Shown here piece after piece: positions 8,594 through 18,641 of a stretch of 64,000 bases of DNA. Both the position numbers and the translations under genes were made by a program. Source of the stretch: a virus. Each line of letters starts with the position of its first letter. The first letter of the stretch is position 1. The notes below the pieces were generated by a model. It searched no databases. It had not been told where the DNA came from and was given only the letters and a program-made list of their open reading frames with translations. Location of the stretch: IMG/VR virus record IMGVR_UViG_3300029267_002377, positions 32,001-96,000 of that record; one strand, given 5' to 3'.

Positions 8594-8881
8594 ATGGAAG
8601 AAGCCTTATTAAGCGCAGCTAAGTCTCCAGCGGGCGGTGCGTCTGTTATCGCTAAGTTAATACAGAAAAGACCTAAGGAAGCTGGAAAGGCTTTGGCGGA
8701 GGTTGGAAAAGAGGTACTTATGCTGCTATCTCGCTCTCCTAGGGACCTGGCGGATTTGTTTGAGAGCGTGAACAAAGATGCTAGGGTAATTCTGTGTGCT
8801 GAGATGCCATACGAAGCTTTAATGAATATGGCAAGATCTCCAGGTGACTGGAGAAGAGTTCAGAAGTCATTGGAGGATTGA
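8594..8881 (+). CDS. hypothetical protein
   Basis: Packed ORF coupled to queD. Confidence 0.5.
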   Translation: MEEALLSAAKSPAGGASVIAKLIQKRPKEAGKALAEVGKEVLMLLSRSPRDLADLFESVNKDARVILCAEMPYEALMNMARSPGDWRRVQKSLED

Positions 8882-9444
8882 AGATGTACACCATGAGAGT
8901 GAAGAGTCATTTTGACGCCGCTCACCTTCTACCCCACTATGGAGGCAAGTGCAGACGGCTACACGGGCACCGGTGGGAGGTGGAGGTAGTGTTGGAATCA
9001 AATAAACTAAATAAAGACGGCTTTGTAGTTGACTTTGCGATTGTTAAAGATCTCATTGAGCAAGTGATACCCGATCACAAACCATTAAACGCTGGACAGT
9101 ATATTTTTAGTCTTCTTTCCATGTTTCCTGAATATGAGGCAGAACTGACAATGGTGGCCAGCGTATTAGGGAACTGGCTTTCAGATCCAACTGCTGAGAG
9201 GATTGCAGAGGCGATATATATGGGGATGCAAAAGGAGGTAGATCTCCAGGAACTTAATGTTAATCTAACTGAGGTGACCGTTTGGGAATCTCCTAACTGC
9301 TCAGTAACATATAGACCAGATTCCCTTCCTATATTTTGTGACTCAGGGGATTACTATTCTAAATTTGGACACATTCCTATAGTGTTTGAAAAGGATCGTG
9401 TTATAGTGGAACCTGTGAAAGGAGATAAAATTGAGAATCCATGA
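8878..9444 (+). CDS. queD: 6-carboxytetrahydropterin synthase
   Basis: FDAAH..KC.RLHGH, DH..LN, PTAE.IA, VWES motifs. Confidence 0.93.
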   Translation: MKMYTMRVKSHFDAAHLLPHYGGKCRRLHGHRWEVEVVLESNKLNKDGFVVDFAIVKDLIEQVIPDHKPLNAGQYIFSLLSMFPEYEAELTMVASVLGNWLSDPTAERIAEAIYMGMQKEVDLQELNVNLTEVTVWESPNCSVTYRPDSLPIFCDSGDYYSKFGHIPIVFEKDRVIVEPVKGDKIENP

Positions 9445-10009
9445 GATCTTTCAAAGTATCCAAGGTGAAGGCGCTAACACAGGTTTGCCCATGACCTTCA
9501 TCCGTACCTACGGCTGTAATCTAAGTTGCCGGTGGTGCGACACCCCGCAGGATGGTTATACTGAGATGGAGATTAACGATATTGTTGCTCATATCCGGGA
9601 CGATTGGGTTTGTATCACAGGAGGAGAACCTACCATTCATTCAGAACTTTTCTTGCTCAGTGAGGCTCTATGTAACGCAGGTTATATGGTTTCACTAGAG
9701 ACAAACGGCACAAATCCAATTCCGTTTGGTTTTCACTGGGTTTGTGTGTCTCCCAAAAGCCAATGGCCAGAGCAAGAAGTTTTTGACGCTGCAGATGAGG
9801 TAAAGTTGCTTGTTGGGGCTGATTTCTATGATGCAAAGACAATAGTCCGAGACTTTGCCGGGGGTTGGATTAAGGAGCAAAAGGTCGTCTCTGTTCAACC
9901 TGTGTGGGATGAAAATTATGAGCAGAACCTGGAAGATGCGATTAAGATCGCTCAGTTCTATGGGGTGCGGTTGAGTGTGCAGGTCCATAAGTATATTCAG
10001 GTGAAATAA
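9431..10009 (+). CDS. queE: 7-carboxy-7-deazaguanine synthase (radical SAM)
   Basis: EIFQSIQGEG, GCNLSCRWCDT (CX3CX2C), ITGGEP, ETNGT, SPK, LSVQVHK. Confidence 0.95.
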   Translation: MRIHEIFQSIQGEGANTGLPMTFIRTYGCNLSCRWCDTPQDGYTEMEINDIVAHIRDDWVCITGGEPTIHSELFLLSEALCNAGYMVSLETNGTNPIPFGFHWVCVSPKSQWPEQEVFDAADEVKLLVGADFYDAKTIVRDFAGGWIKEQKVVSVQPVWDENYEQNLEDAIKIAQFYGVRLSVQVHKYIQVK

Positions 10010-10590
10010 TGAAATATGACGAGACTTTAGTAGAGTTAGCAGTCTACAACCTAATAAAGGGCTTGGGAATTAACCTTAAAGATCCTGATATAGATTCTAT
10101 TTTCAAAGACAATTTCCAAGGCACTCCGAAACGAGTGGCTAGAGCCTTTCGGGAACTTTGTCGAGGACTCTATGAGCGAGACAAAATAGAGGAAATTCTA
10201 TCAACTACCTTCCCTTGTGATTATGATGAGATGGTAGTGGTTACGGATATTGAGGCGGTGGGAGTTTGTCCCCATCACCTGATGCCTGTGAGGTATAAAA
10301 TCCACGTGGGGTACATTCCCAGCAAGAACGGAATGGTTTTGGGGTTGTCAAAGATTCCTCGGCTTGTGTGTCTACTGGCTGCTCGTCCAGTTCTGCAAGA
10401 GCAATTGACTAAAGACATCGCAGACATTTTCGAGGCAAATTTAGAGCCTTTGGGAGTGATGGTTGTAGTTAATGGCGTGCGTTCTTGCATACAACGTCAG
10501 GTAGACGGGCTAAGGATAACATCAGTTACTAGGGGGGTATTTGAGGATGCTTTGGCTAAGACTGAGTTTTTAAATCTAACAGGTAAATGA
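10009..10590 (+). CDS. folE: GTP cyclohydrolase I
   Basis: TPKRVA, CPHHLMP, GLSKIPR, LQEQLT motifs. Confidence 0.9.
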   Translation: MKYDETLVELAVYNLIKGLGINLKDPDIDSIFKDNFQGTPKRVARAFRELCRGLYERDKIEEILSTTFPCDYDEMVVVTDIEAVGVCPHHLMPVRYKIHVGYIPSKNGMVLGLSKIPRLVCLLAARPVLQEQLTKDIADIFEANLEPLGVMVVVNGVRSCIQRQVDGLRITSVTRGVFEDALAKTEFLNLTGK

Positions 10591-11633
10591 GAGATATGTC
10601 CAGGAAGATAATACGCGAGTTAGCGGGGCACCAAAAAGAAAAATTAGTGAGTTTAATGTTCGATTACCACCGCTCCCACGGGTTCCCTTACCCAGAAATG
10701 AGAGATTATGAAATTTGGAAAGATTTCTTTGTTCTGCAGAATATGGATGCAAAAATAACAGAGCATTATGAACCCCTTTTTGATTGCACCAGCAGGTCTA
10801 TTGAGATTAGAAGTGAAGGCATGAGGGCGGCGACCTATTTTCACTCACATATTTGGGACAGCTATGCTATTGGAATGAGATCACCTATGGGTTCCTACGT
10901 GGATGATGGTCTGCTACAAAGGGCCATTGAGCTGGCCATTGAGATTGATGGAGATATAGGTGACTTGTATGTGAGAAATAAATTAGGGTTGGTAAGGGGC
11001 GCCCAAAGGTGCAGCAATTTCCGTCCATCCGCTGCAAAAGCAATCTACAAAAGATATGTACCTCTGGATGCGGAGTGTGTGCTTGACCCTAGCTCTGGAT
11101 ATGGTGGTCGTCTGTTGGGTTTTTTGTCCTTGGAAATGGGTGCCAAATACGTGGGTGTGGACCCGTCATTGCCGAGTTGTGAGGGTAACGAGAAAATGGC
11201 GGAATTCTTTGGTAGAAGCAATAAGGTTGAAATGGTGAATTCGCCGTTTGAGGATGTGGATTTGGGTGGCCGTAAATTTGATTTCGCTTTTACCAGCCCA
11301 CCTTACTTTAAGAAGGAGATTTACTCAGAAGAGGATACCCAAAGTTGTCATCGGTACCCAGATTATCAATCGTGGTTGGATGGTTTCCTACTACCTATGG
11401 TAACCAAGGTATTTGAGCATTTAAAGCCAGGGTGTCTTTTTGCACTGAATATCAACGATGTCAATATCAAATCGAAGCACTATCCCCTGGTGCAAGACAC
11501 AATCAAGCTGTTTACGGCTGTGGGGTTTACCGAGTTCGAGAGGTTGGAGATGTGCTTCAGTACCTTGGGCAAAAACCTTGAGAAAACAAAATCGGAGCCT
11601 ATTCTTGTTTTCTGTAAACCTTCTTACATATAG
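10587..11633 (+). CDS. DNA amino-methyltransferase (m6A/m4C)
   Basis: SAM-binding LDPSSGYGGR and catalytic FTSPPYF. Confidence 0.85.
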   Translation: MRDMSRKIIRELAGHQKEKLVSLMFDYHRSHGFPYPEMRDYEIWKDFFVLQNMDAKITEHYEPLFDCTSRSIEIRSEGMRAATYFHSHIWDSYAIGMRSPMGSYVDDGLLQRAIELAIEIDGDIGDLYVRNKLGLVRGAQRCSNFRPSAAKAIYKRYVPLDAECVLDPSSGYGGRLLGFLSLEMGAKYVGVDPSLPSCEGNEKMAEFFGRSNKVEMVNSPFEDVDLGGRKFDFAFTSPPYFKKEIYSEEDTQSCHRYPDYQSWLDGFLLPMVTKVFEHLKPGCLFALNINDVNIKSKHYPLVQDTIKLFTAVGFTEFERLEMCFSTLGKNLEKTKSEPILVFCKPSYI

Positions 11634-11833
11634 GGTCCTTTGCCTCTGCTTATAGTTGCGTTAGCTATCGCCTCATCTCGGGTTTCTTTCTCAAACCTAT
11701 CTACGTTAAACTCGCTGATCTGTTCGCGCAGAGCCTCCTCGGGAGAAAGTATGGGTCGTTCTTTTAACAATGCCTCTAGCTCTTCTTGGGACAATTTTCG
11801 TTTTGTTATTGGGGAACATTTCCTACGGGACAT
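11624..11833 (-). CDS. small hypothetical protein on the opposite strand
   Basis: ATG at 11833 with AGGAGGT RBS and its own promoter. Confidence 0.7.
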   Translation of the reverse strand: MSRRKCSPITKRKLSQEELEALLKERPILSPEEALREQISEFNVDRFEKETRDEAIANATISRGKGPYM

Positions 11834-11851
11834 TTTGCACCTCCTGACTAT

Positions 11852-11880
11852 ATTATAACACAAATTATGGGATTTGTCAA
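11852..11880 (-). promoter_or_regulatory. sigma70-type promoter
   Basis: Minus strand TTGACA-17 nt-TATAAT with extended -10 TG. Confidence 0.85.
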
Positions 11881-12813
11881 GTGGTAAACCTTAAAGATTT
11901 CCCTGCGTACGCGGAAGACGGCTATAGGCAACTTATGAACTACTATACCCCCGTTGAGAGGGTGGATGGTTATTACTACAAACGAGACGATTATTTTTCC
12001 CTGGGAGGGTTGTTAGGTGGTAAAGTACGTCAATGTTTATCTCTAGTGCATCACAATTTGCCAGACATACGATCAAGGTGCAGTGGAGGATTAGCAACCT
12101 CTGCCGGTTTGCCTTCTCCACAATCTTGCATAATGGCGGGTGTGGCGAGATATTTTGGTTTGCAATCCGCCGTAGCGGTATTTCGGTATGACAATACTGT
12201 TGTAGATTTTAATCGCATAAACGTGTCGTTGGCGCAGAAGCTGGGAGCTACCATTTATGGAGTTGATTGCCCACGGAAATCATCAGTGGACAAGGCAGGT
12301 AGAGAACTAGCCCGTTCTCTAAATTATTACCACGTTGATTTTGGTATGGCCGGTACTTTTGTAATGGATGTGGTCGCCAATCAGTGTAACAATATACCAG
12401 ATGATGTTGAAAGCATTGTTATTGTCGCCGGTAGTGGGTTTTCGGCGTTGGGTGTGGCGTTGGGTGCTAAGAAATTTGACAAAAACATTTCCACAATATA
12501 CGTTGTGTGCTTAAGTAACTACTTTAACAAGAACAAACGCCAGTGGTACGATGTCTTAGATGGTAATGTTAAGTTTAAAGGTGATTTGGTTGAAATAAAA
12601 TCTCCTATACCCTACCATAGGCTGTATAACCCCGGCAATGATTTCCGCTTTGACTTGACCTACGAAAGCAAGGCACACCAATGGATGTTGAACTATATAA
12701 AACCGAATGGTAAAACACTCTTTTGGGTGGTAGGTAAGCGGGAATACAATATAAACTATGTTGAGCCGATAAATTGGCACGAGTTGCCCCCTAGAAAAGG
12801 TCTACTGTTTTGA
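11881..12813 (+). CDS. PLP-dependent enzyme, fold type II (ACC deaminase/D-cysteine desulfhydrase-like)
   Basis: YYKRDD...GGKVRQ (PLP lysine), VAGSGFSALG phosphate loop, DLTYESKA. Confidence 0.8.
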   Translation: MVNLKDFPAYAEDGYRQLMNYYTPVERVDGYYYKRDDYFSLGGLLGGKVRQCLSLVHHNLPDIRSRCSGGLATSAGLPSPQSCIMAGVARYFGLQSAVAVFRYDNTVVDFNRINVSLAQKLGATIYGVDCPRKSSVDKAGRELARSLNYYHVDFGMAGTFVMDVVANQCNNIPDDVESIVIVAGSGFSALGVALGAKKFDKNISTIYVVCLSNYFNKNKRQWYDVLDGNVKFKGDLVEIKSPIPYHRLYNPGNDFRFDLTYESKAHQWMLNYIKPNGKTLFWVVGKREYNINYVEPINWHELPPRKGLLF

Positions 12814-14978
12814 ATTATCAAAAATTTTTAGAATCGAAGATACTCCTACACAAATCCGCTGGAATTGAAATACTAGATAGTGATGTTCACTCAATACTGT
12901 TCCCTTTCCAAAGGGATCTCACCAAATGGGCCGTGAGAAAGGGCCGGGCCGCTATTTTTGCGGATACTGGTCTTGGTAAAACTTTAATGCAACTAGAATG
13001 GGCCAGACTCATTGGTAAAGATACTTTGATTATTGCTCCCCTGACTGTAGCTAGGCAGACTGTCAAGGAAGGTAGAAAATTAGGTTTGAATGTGACCTAT
13101 GTTAGATCGGAGGATGAGCTAAATGGTAAATTGAACATCACAAATTACGAGATGGTAGAGAAGTTTGATCCGGGTTTATTTGGGGCGGTTGTTTTAGACG
13201 AGTCAAGTATTTTGAAATCTCTCACTGGGAAAACACGTCAAAAAGTAACCGAGATGTTCGCCCAGACCCCATATAAGCTTTGCTGTACAGCTACTCCAGC
13301 TCCCAATGATATTGCCGAGATAGCCAATCATTCTGAGTTTTTAGGAATTATGACTCGTGTGGATATGATGGCCGCGTTTTTTGTCCATGATGATAAGGGT
13401 TGGCGATTAAAGGGTCATGCGGTGGAGCCATTTTATCGTTGGATGGCCAGTTGGGGTATGAGTGTTAAGAAGCCTTCTGATCTGGGATATGATGATGATG
13501 GATTCGTTTTGCCCCCACTGGAAATCAAACCAATTTTCGTTGAATCGAATTATTGTCCCCCGGGCCAGCTTTTTTTCACGGGGCTAAGGGGGATTCAGGA
13601 TCGTCTGGCAGTTCGCAGAGAAACGATTGACGCTAGAGCTGGGACCGTTGCCGATTTGATAAATGGATGTAATGAACAATGGATTGTTTGGTGTGGACTA
13701 AATGATGAGAGCAAAAGAGTATCTGGTTTGATCTCTGATTCAATCGAAGTATCAGGAAGTGATGATATTGAGACTAAAATTAAAGCCATAGAGGGGTTTC
13801 AAGATGGTAAATATAGAGTACTAGTAACCAAACCCAAAATTGCTGGATTTGGAATGAATTTTCAAAACTCTCACAAGATGGCGTTTATGGGATTATCGGA
13901 TTCTTGGGAGAGCTATTATCAGTGTATACGTCGCCAATATCGTTTTATGCAAAAACACCCTGTTGACGTTTATATTGTTTTGTCAGATGTGGAGGAGGCA
14001 ATATGGCAAAATATAAAGAGTAAGGAAAATCAGGCGGACCGTATGAGCGAGAAATTGATTAACTATGTTAAGGAATTCGAGAAAGCAGAGATTGGGAGGC
14101 TACAATTGAATGGCCATTACATAGAGGATACGACAAGTGGTAACGGGTGGAAAATGATGCTTGGGGATAGCGTAGAAGGTATGGGAGAGATTGAGGATGG
14201 GTCGGTTGACTTGTCTGTCTTCTCCCCACCGTTTCTTTCTCTTTATACGTATTCCCCAACGGAGAGAGACGTTGGCAATTGTTCATCGGATGAGGAGTTT
14301 TTTCAACATTTCTCCTATATTATTGAACATTTGTTAAGAGTAACAAAACCTGGGAGGCTATGCGCAGTTCACTGTGCTGATGTCGCAGCAACCTTAGTTA
14401 AGGATGGGTTTATCGGTGTGAAGGATTTTTCAGGTAACCTAATTGATGCCTATCTGGATAAAGGATGGATATATCATGGTCGTGTAACGATTGATAAAAA
14501 CCCCCAAGCAGTGGCTGTTAGAACTCATGCAAAGGGATTAATGTTTAAACAGCTAGAGAAAGATAGCTCTTGGTTATCCCCAGCCTTAGCTGATTATATT
14601 TTGGTTTTTCGCAAGCCCGGTGAGAACCAAATTCCGATCAAATCGGATATTGACCGCGAGACGTGGATTGAGTGGGCACACCCAATCTGGTACAATATCC
14701 GCGAATCGGATACCTTACAATACAGGAGTGCAAAAGAACACAGGGATGATCGCCATATTTGTCCCCTCCAATTAGAAACTATTGAGCGTTGTATCCGTTT
14801 GTGGTCAAACCCAGGGGAATTGATTTGTTCGCCTTTTGCAGGGATTGGCAGTGAGGGTTACGTGGCACTTAAATTTGGGCGTAGGTTTGTTGGGATTGAG
14901 TTAAAAAAGAGTTATTACGATCAGGCAGTTGGTAATCTTAGAGATGTTGTTCATAAGGTAGGGAACAGGTTATTTTGA
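12810..14978 (+). CDS. SF2 (SNF2-like) helicase fused to N4/N6 DNA methyltransferase
   Basis: DTGLGKT, LDES, TATP helicase motifs; C-terminal FSPPF...SPFAGIGSEG methylase motifs. Confidence 0.9.
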   Translation: MNYQKFLESKILLHKSAGIEILDSDVHSILFPFQRDLTKWAVRKGRAAIFADTGLGKTLMQLEWARLIGKDTLIIAPLTVARQTVKEGRKLGLNVTYVRSEDELNGKLNITNYEMVEKFDPGLFGAVVLDESSILKSLTGKTRQKVTEMFAQTPYKLCCTATPAPNDIAEIANHSEFLGIMTRVDMMAAFFVHDDKGWRLKGHAVEPFYRWMASWGMSVKKPSDLGYDDDGFVLPPLEIKPIFVESNYCPPGQLFFTGLRGIQDRLAVRRETIDARAGTVADLINGCNEQWIVWCGLNDESKRVSGLISDSIEVSGSDDIETKIKAIEGFQDGKYRVLVTKPKIAGFGMNFQNSHKMAFMGLSDSWESYYQCIRRQYRFMQKHPVDVYIVLSDVEEAIWQNIKSKENQADRMSEKLINYVKEFEKAEIGRLQLNGHYIEDTTSGNGWKMMLGDSVEGMGEIEDGSVDLSVFSPPFLSLYTYSPTERDVGNCSSDEEFFQHFSYIIEHLLRVTKPGRLCAVHCADVAATLVKDGFIGVKDFSGNLIDAYLDKGWIYHGRVTIDKNPQAVAVRTHAKGLMFKQLEKDSSWLSPALADYILVFRKPGENQIPIKSDIDRETWIEWAHPIWYNIRESDTLQYRSAKEHRDDRHICPLQLETIERCIRLWSNPGELICSPFAGIGSEGYVALKFGRRFVGIELKKSYYDQAVGNLRDVVHKVGNRLF

Positions 14979-16690
14979 TACATATTAACAAGCTTCCGGA
15001 TTGGTGGCCATCAGTTGTGGGGCTGGATATCGAAGTTGAGGTGGGAGGGGGCTTTCCTAACCCTTTTGAAAATAAAATCGCTACTATTCAGGTGGGCTGT
15101 CCTGACGGGGATGTTTACCTACTAACTGAAGATTTTGAGAGACTTAACACACTCCTGTATAATACCAGTATTTTAAAGGTAATCCATAACGCTGGCTTTG
15201 ATGCAAAATGGATAAAACGACAGTTAGGTATAAATGTATCCCCAATCTGGGATACCTTTCTAATGGAACGGATTCTAACCGCTGGGACGTTATTGAGATG
15301 CGATTTAGCTTCTACAATCTGGAGGAGAACAGAGATTCTAATTGAAAAGCCAGAGGTAAAGTTCCGGCTAGGCCAGCAGTTATCTGAGAGGCAGTTGGGT
15401 TATGTTGAAGATGATGTGAAGCACTTAGTTGGGATATATGAAGTACAGAAAAAAGGGGTTAAGAAGGAAGATTTAAGCAAAATCTGTGGGTTAGAGCATG
15501 ATTTACTTCCTGTTTTAATTGATATGGAGTTGCATGGTGTTCAACTGGATGTGAATGCTTGGGAGGAAGTAGTTCAAGGTGAGTTAGGGCTTGCTAACGA
15601 GGCTGCACAGACTATGTGCAAGGGTCTCAATTTGCCAGCTCATATGGACAGCTTATTCAGCGGGTTTGTTCCGCCTATCAACTTAGATTCCTGGCAGCAA
15701 GTGTTGGGAGTAATGGAGCGGTCTGGTATACGTTTGCCAAACGCTCGAGATGCTACATTGGAAGAGTACCTTAAAAAACATCCTAATTGTATCCCCGTTA
15801 GAGCCTGGAGGAGTTATAAGGAACATAAGAAACTTGCTTCTTGGGATTATCCTAAATACATTAACAGAGTGACAAGCCGGGTTCACACTAGCTACAATCA
15901 GGTTGGCGCTGATACAGGTCGGCTATCAAGCAGAAATCCCAACTTGCAGAATGTACCTCGAAAATCAAGGGTACGCAGGATTTTCATTCCTAGCAAGGGA
16001 TATGTGTTTGTTTGTGCAGATTACAGCCAGCAAGAGATGCGGGTTATGGCTGAGGTTTCTGGAGATAAAGCCCTTAGACAAGTTTGTAGGGAAAGCGATC
16101 CACATTTGGCGAATGCCCGGGTCATTTTCAACGATCCAGGTTTGGAGGAACTGGTAGGTGAAAAACGAACTGTAGTCAAGAACACAGGATTTGCAATGAA
16201 TTATGGTGCAGGGCCTGAGACGTTTGCTCAAAGTTCTGGTATTAGTATCGGTGATGCAAAAGTAATCTTACATATATTGAGATCAAGGTATCCGGATGTT
16301 TTCAAATGGGGAGACAGTCAGATCAAGCTCCTGCACAGAAATGGCTATGTCCAGACGATCTGGGGTCGTAAAAGGTGGTTCCCAGAGGCAACAGAGCTTA
16401 ATTCTAAAGAGATAGGAAAGTACAGCACACTTGCCCGTAATACCCCTATTCAATCATCCTCGGCTGATATGATGAAAAGAGCGATGGTTAGAATCGCAAA
16501 AGCGTTAAAAGACTGTGATGCTCATTTAGTTTTATCAATCCATGATGAGGTTGTAGTTGAGGCCAGGGAGGAGCAGGCACAGGAAGTTGCTCGAATTGTT
16601 GAAAATGAGATGGAATCGGCAGCAGGGGAAATGGTTAAATCAATTCCTTGCCCTGCAGAAGCAAAAGTTGCCCCATGTTGGGTAAAATAG
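14975..16690 (+). CDS. polA: family A DNA polymerase with 3'-5' exonuclease
   Basis: GLDIE, HNAGFD, TGRLSS..PNLQN, ADYSQQEMR, K...F...YG, IHDE. Confidence 0.95.
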   Translation: MIHINKLPDWWPSVVGLDIEVEVGGGFPNPFENKIATIQVGCPDGDVYLLTEDFERLNTLLYNTSILKVIHNAGFDAKWIKRQLGINVSPIWDTFLMERILTAGTLLRCDLASTIWRRTEILIEKPEVKFRLGQQLSERQLGYVEDDVKHLVGIYEVQKKGVKKEDLSKICGLEHDLLPVLIDMELHGVQLDVNAWEEVVQGELGLANEAAQTMCKGLNLPAHMDSLFSGFVPPINLDSWQQVLGVMERSGIRLPNARDATLEEYLKKHPNCIPVRAWRSYKEHKKLASWDYPKYINRVTSRVHTSYNQVGADTGRLSSRNPNLQNVPRKSRVRRIFIPSKGYVFVCADYSQQEMRVMAEVSGDKALRQVCRESDPHLANARVIFNDPGLEELVGEKRTVVKNTGFAMNYGAGPETFAQSSGISIGDAKVILHILRSRYPDVFKWGDSQIKLLHRNGYVQTIWGRKRWFPEATELNSKEIGKYSTLARNTPIQSSSADMMKRAMVRIAKALKDCDAHLVLSIHDEVVVEAREEQAQEVARIVENEMESAAGEMVKSIPCPAEAKVAPCWVK

Positions 16691-16699
16691 GAGGTCAAA

Positions 16700-17872
16700 G
16701 TGAACCTAACTGTAAGTGCAAGTCAATTAAGAGACGTAGTTAATTTTATGGCTGGGAACGTCCCGAACCGGCCCATAGAGCCTATCCTAAAGGCAACCCG
16801 TTTGAACGCCCAAGGAGATTTGCTCACCCTGTCTGCTACAGATCATATAGTCTGGGTCCGCCAAGCCATTCCTGCCCAAGTCAAAACCCCAGGAGAGATT
16901 TATGTAGATGCTGAGCTCCTCAGCGGTATTGCAAAATCCCTGGGCGAGGGGGAGGTCAAACTATCCTCCAAGAAGAGATTAACTATCACTCAGTCAGGGA
17001 AGCGACGGTCCCTACCACCAATGGATGGAGAGGGGTTTCCAGAAGAACCGTGCCCGGAGTTCAAGGTAGGTTGGGATCAGTCAGTGCAGTCATTTATTTA
17101 CCGAGCAGAGCAGGTTGGGTTTGCTGTTTCTCAAGATATGTCTCGGCCCATTCTCATGGGAATCAATATGGACATGAAGAATCAGCTTATGGTTGGCGCT
17201 GATGGCTTCCGTATGGCTATTTACAAAACCGACTTTGGGGACGCCGATCTAAAACCTACTTTTTCAATGAGGTTTCTTCAGGAGGTTAAGCGGTCGGGGA
17301 TGGGAGGGACAATCTTAATTTCTGTATCCGAAACCTGGATCCGAGGATTGAGTGAGGACGGGCTAATTGCAGTGTGGGCCAAAGGGCTGTCTGGAGCCTA
17401 CCCCACAGAGGCAGCTCAAATCACCAAAGCTATGTTAGAAAAGGATGGCATAGAGTTAGAGATTGAGAAGGCGCCGCTTGTGCAATCATTAAGCTTGGCC
17501 TGCCTCTACTCAGACCGAGCTAGGAACTCTAGTGAAGATGCAATCCTCTACCTGGTAGCTGACAAGGGAAAGGTCCGACTGGAGATGACAGTTCCTAGTA
17601 TCGCGGAGCTTAAGGACAATATTCCGGGAGAAGCTGGTGGAGACCTGATGGTTAAGTTGGAGCCTCACTACTTCCTAGGGATTGTCAATCATGTGGATGC
17701 AGACACAGTTAAAATCCGCTACTTTGATGCAGGCAAGCCTATTCTAATTACAGACCCAAACAGTGTTGGCTGGGCCGCTGTGCTGACTCAGATGATTGTC
17801 CGAGAGCCTTCGAGCCCAGTTCAGCAAGTTGTAGACAAGTATACTGAGGAGGATAATGAAGGAGATTTCTAA
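16700..17872 (+). CDS. dnaN: sliding clamp (Pol III beta-like)
   Basis: PIL..., LSATD, FP, FAVS.D.SRPILMG, ADGFRMA motifs; 390 aa. Confidence 0.88.
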   Translation: MNLTVSASQLRDVVNFMAGNVPNRPIEPILKATRLNAQGDLLTLSATDHIVWVRQAIPAQVKTPGEIYVDAELLSGIAKSLGEGEVKLSSKKRLTITQSGKRRSLPPMDGEGFPEEPCPEFKVGWDQSVQSFIYRAEQVGFAVSQDMSRPILMGINMDMKNQLMVGADGFRMAIYKTDFGDADLKPTFSMRFLQEVKRSGMGGTILISVSETWIRGLSEDGLIAVWAKGLSGAYPTEAAQITKAMLEKDGIELEIEKAPLVQSLSLACLYSDRARNSSEDAILYLVADKGKVRLEMTVPSIAELKDNIPGEAGGDLMVKLEPHYFLGIVNHVDADTVKIRYFDAGKPILITDPNSVGWAAVLTQMIVREPSSPVQQVVDKYTEEDNEGDF

Positions 17873-18641
17873 AGTTCCGCCCCATATCGCCCCGTGTGAT
17901 TTGTGGGATCTAAAGGCTCAAAAAGAAACTCCGGATTATCGGTTCCTCGGTGAGTTTATCAAAACTCACGCAGAAGGGGAGAAACTGCATGGAACTGCCT
18001 TGGCTTACGCTCTCTATCTCGGTGAATTCTATTGGGCAAAGAGCCCTCCAGAGGTTGGAAAGCCTTTCAAGTATGACTACGACAAGTGGGCGATGTCGTG
18101 GTCTGGCAAACCAGATATCCGTCCCTACGTTCGGGTTGGCGAGCTCCTTTATCAAATGCGGTACGGGCTACTCCCTATCCCAGATCAGGTTATATTGCGA
18201 GATGCAGATGGAGAGGAAGTTACAGCAGTCGATAAGGAGACTCAGGAGGAATCTCTTGTTGTAGTAGAACCAGACGTATTTTCAACCGGTGTGAATTATA
18301 CCAAACTACTTTTATCTAAGAGAAAGGCGCAGGATCCAGATACTGGGCTAACAGACGAGGATTGGGGATTACTGTTAAACCCAGATGTGACTGTTGAGCA
18401 GTACCGTCAGCACTTATTGCAAGGCCCGGGGTATGGATGGGATACAGATCCTGGAAGGTTTCGAGCCAGGCAAGAAGGACCCATGATTCTTGTCAGCGAG
18501 GGAGGAAGGGAAGTTGAGTATATAGGTATGGATGGGCTTAATACTCAAGGTTTAGAAGATAGAGACCCGCTTTTGTTGAAAGCCCACTCAAAGTTGTGTA
18601 GATCTTTAGGAATGAGGGATGAATACGCAGGAGATTTCTGA
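17856..18641 (+). CDS. hypothetical protein (ends GDF)
   Basis: Packed ORF. Confidence 0.65.
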   Translation: MKEISKVPPHIAPCDLWDLKAQKETPDYRFLGEFIKTHAEGEKLHGTALAYALYLGEFYWAKSPPEVGKPFKYDYDKWAMSWSGKPDIRPYVRVGELLYQMRYGLLPIPDQVILRDADGEEVTAVDKETQEESLVVVEPDVFSTGVNYTKLLLSKRKAQDPDTGLTDEDWGLLLNPDVTVEQYRQHLLQGPGYGWDTDPGRFRARQEGPMILVSEGGREVEYIGMDGLNTQGLEDRDPLLLKAHSKLCRSLGMRDEYAGDF

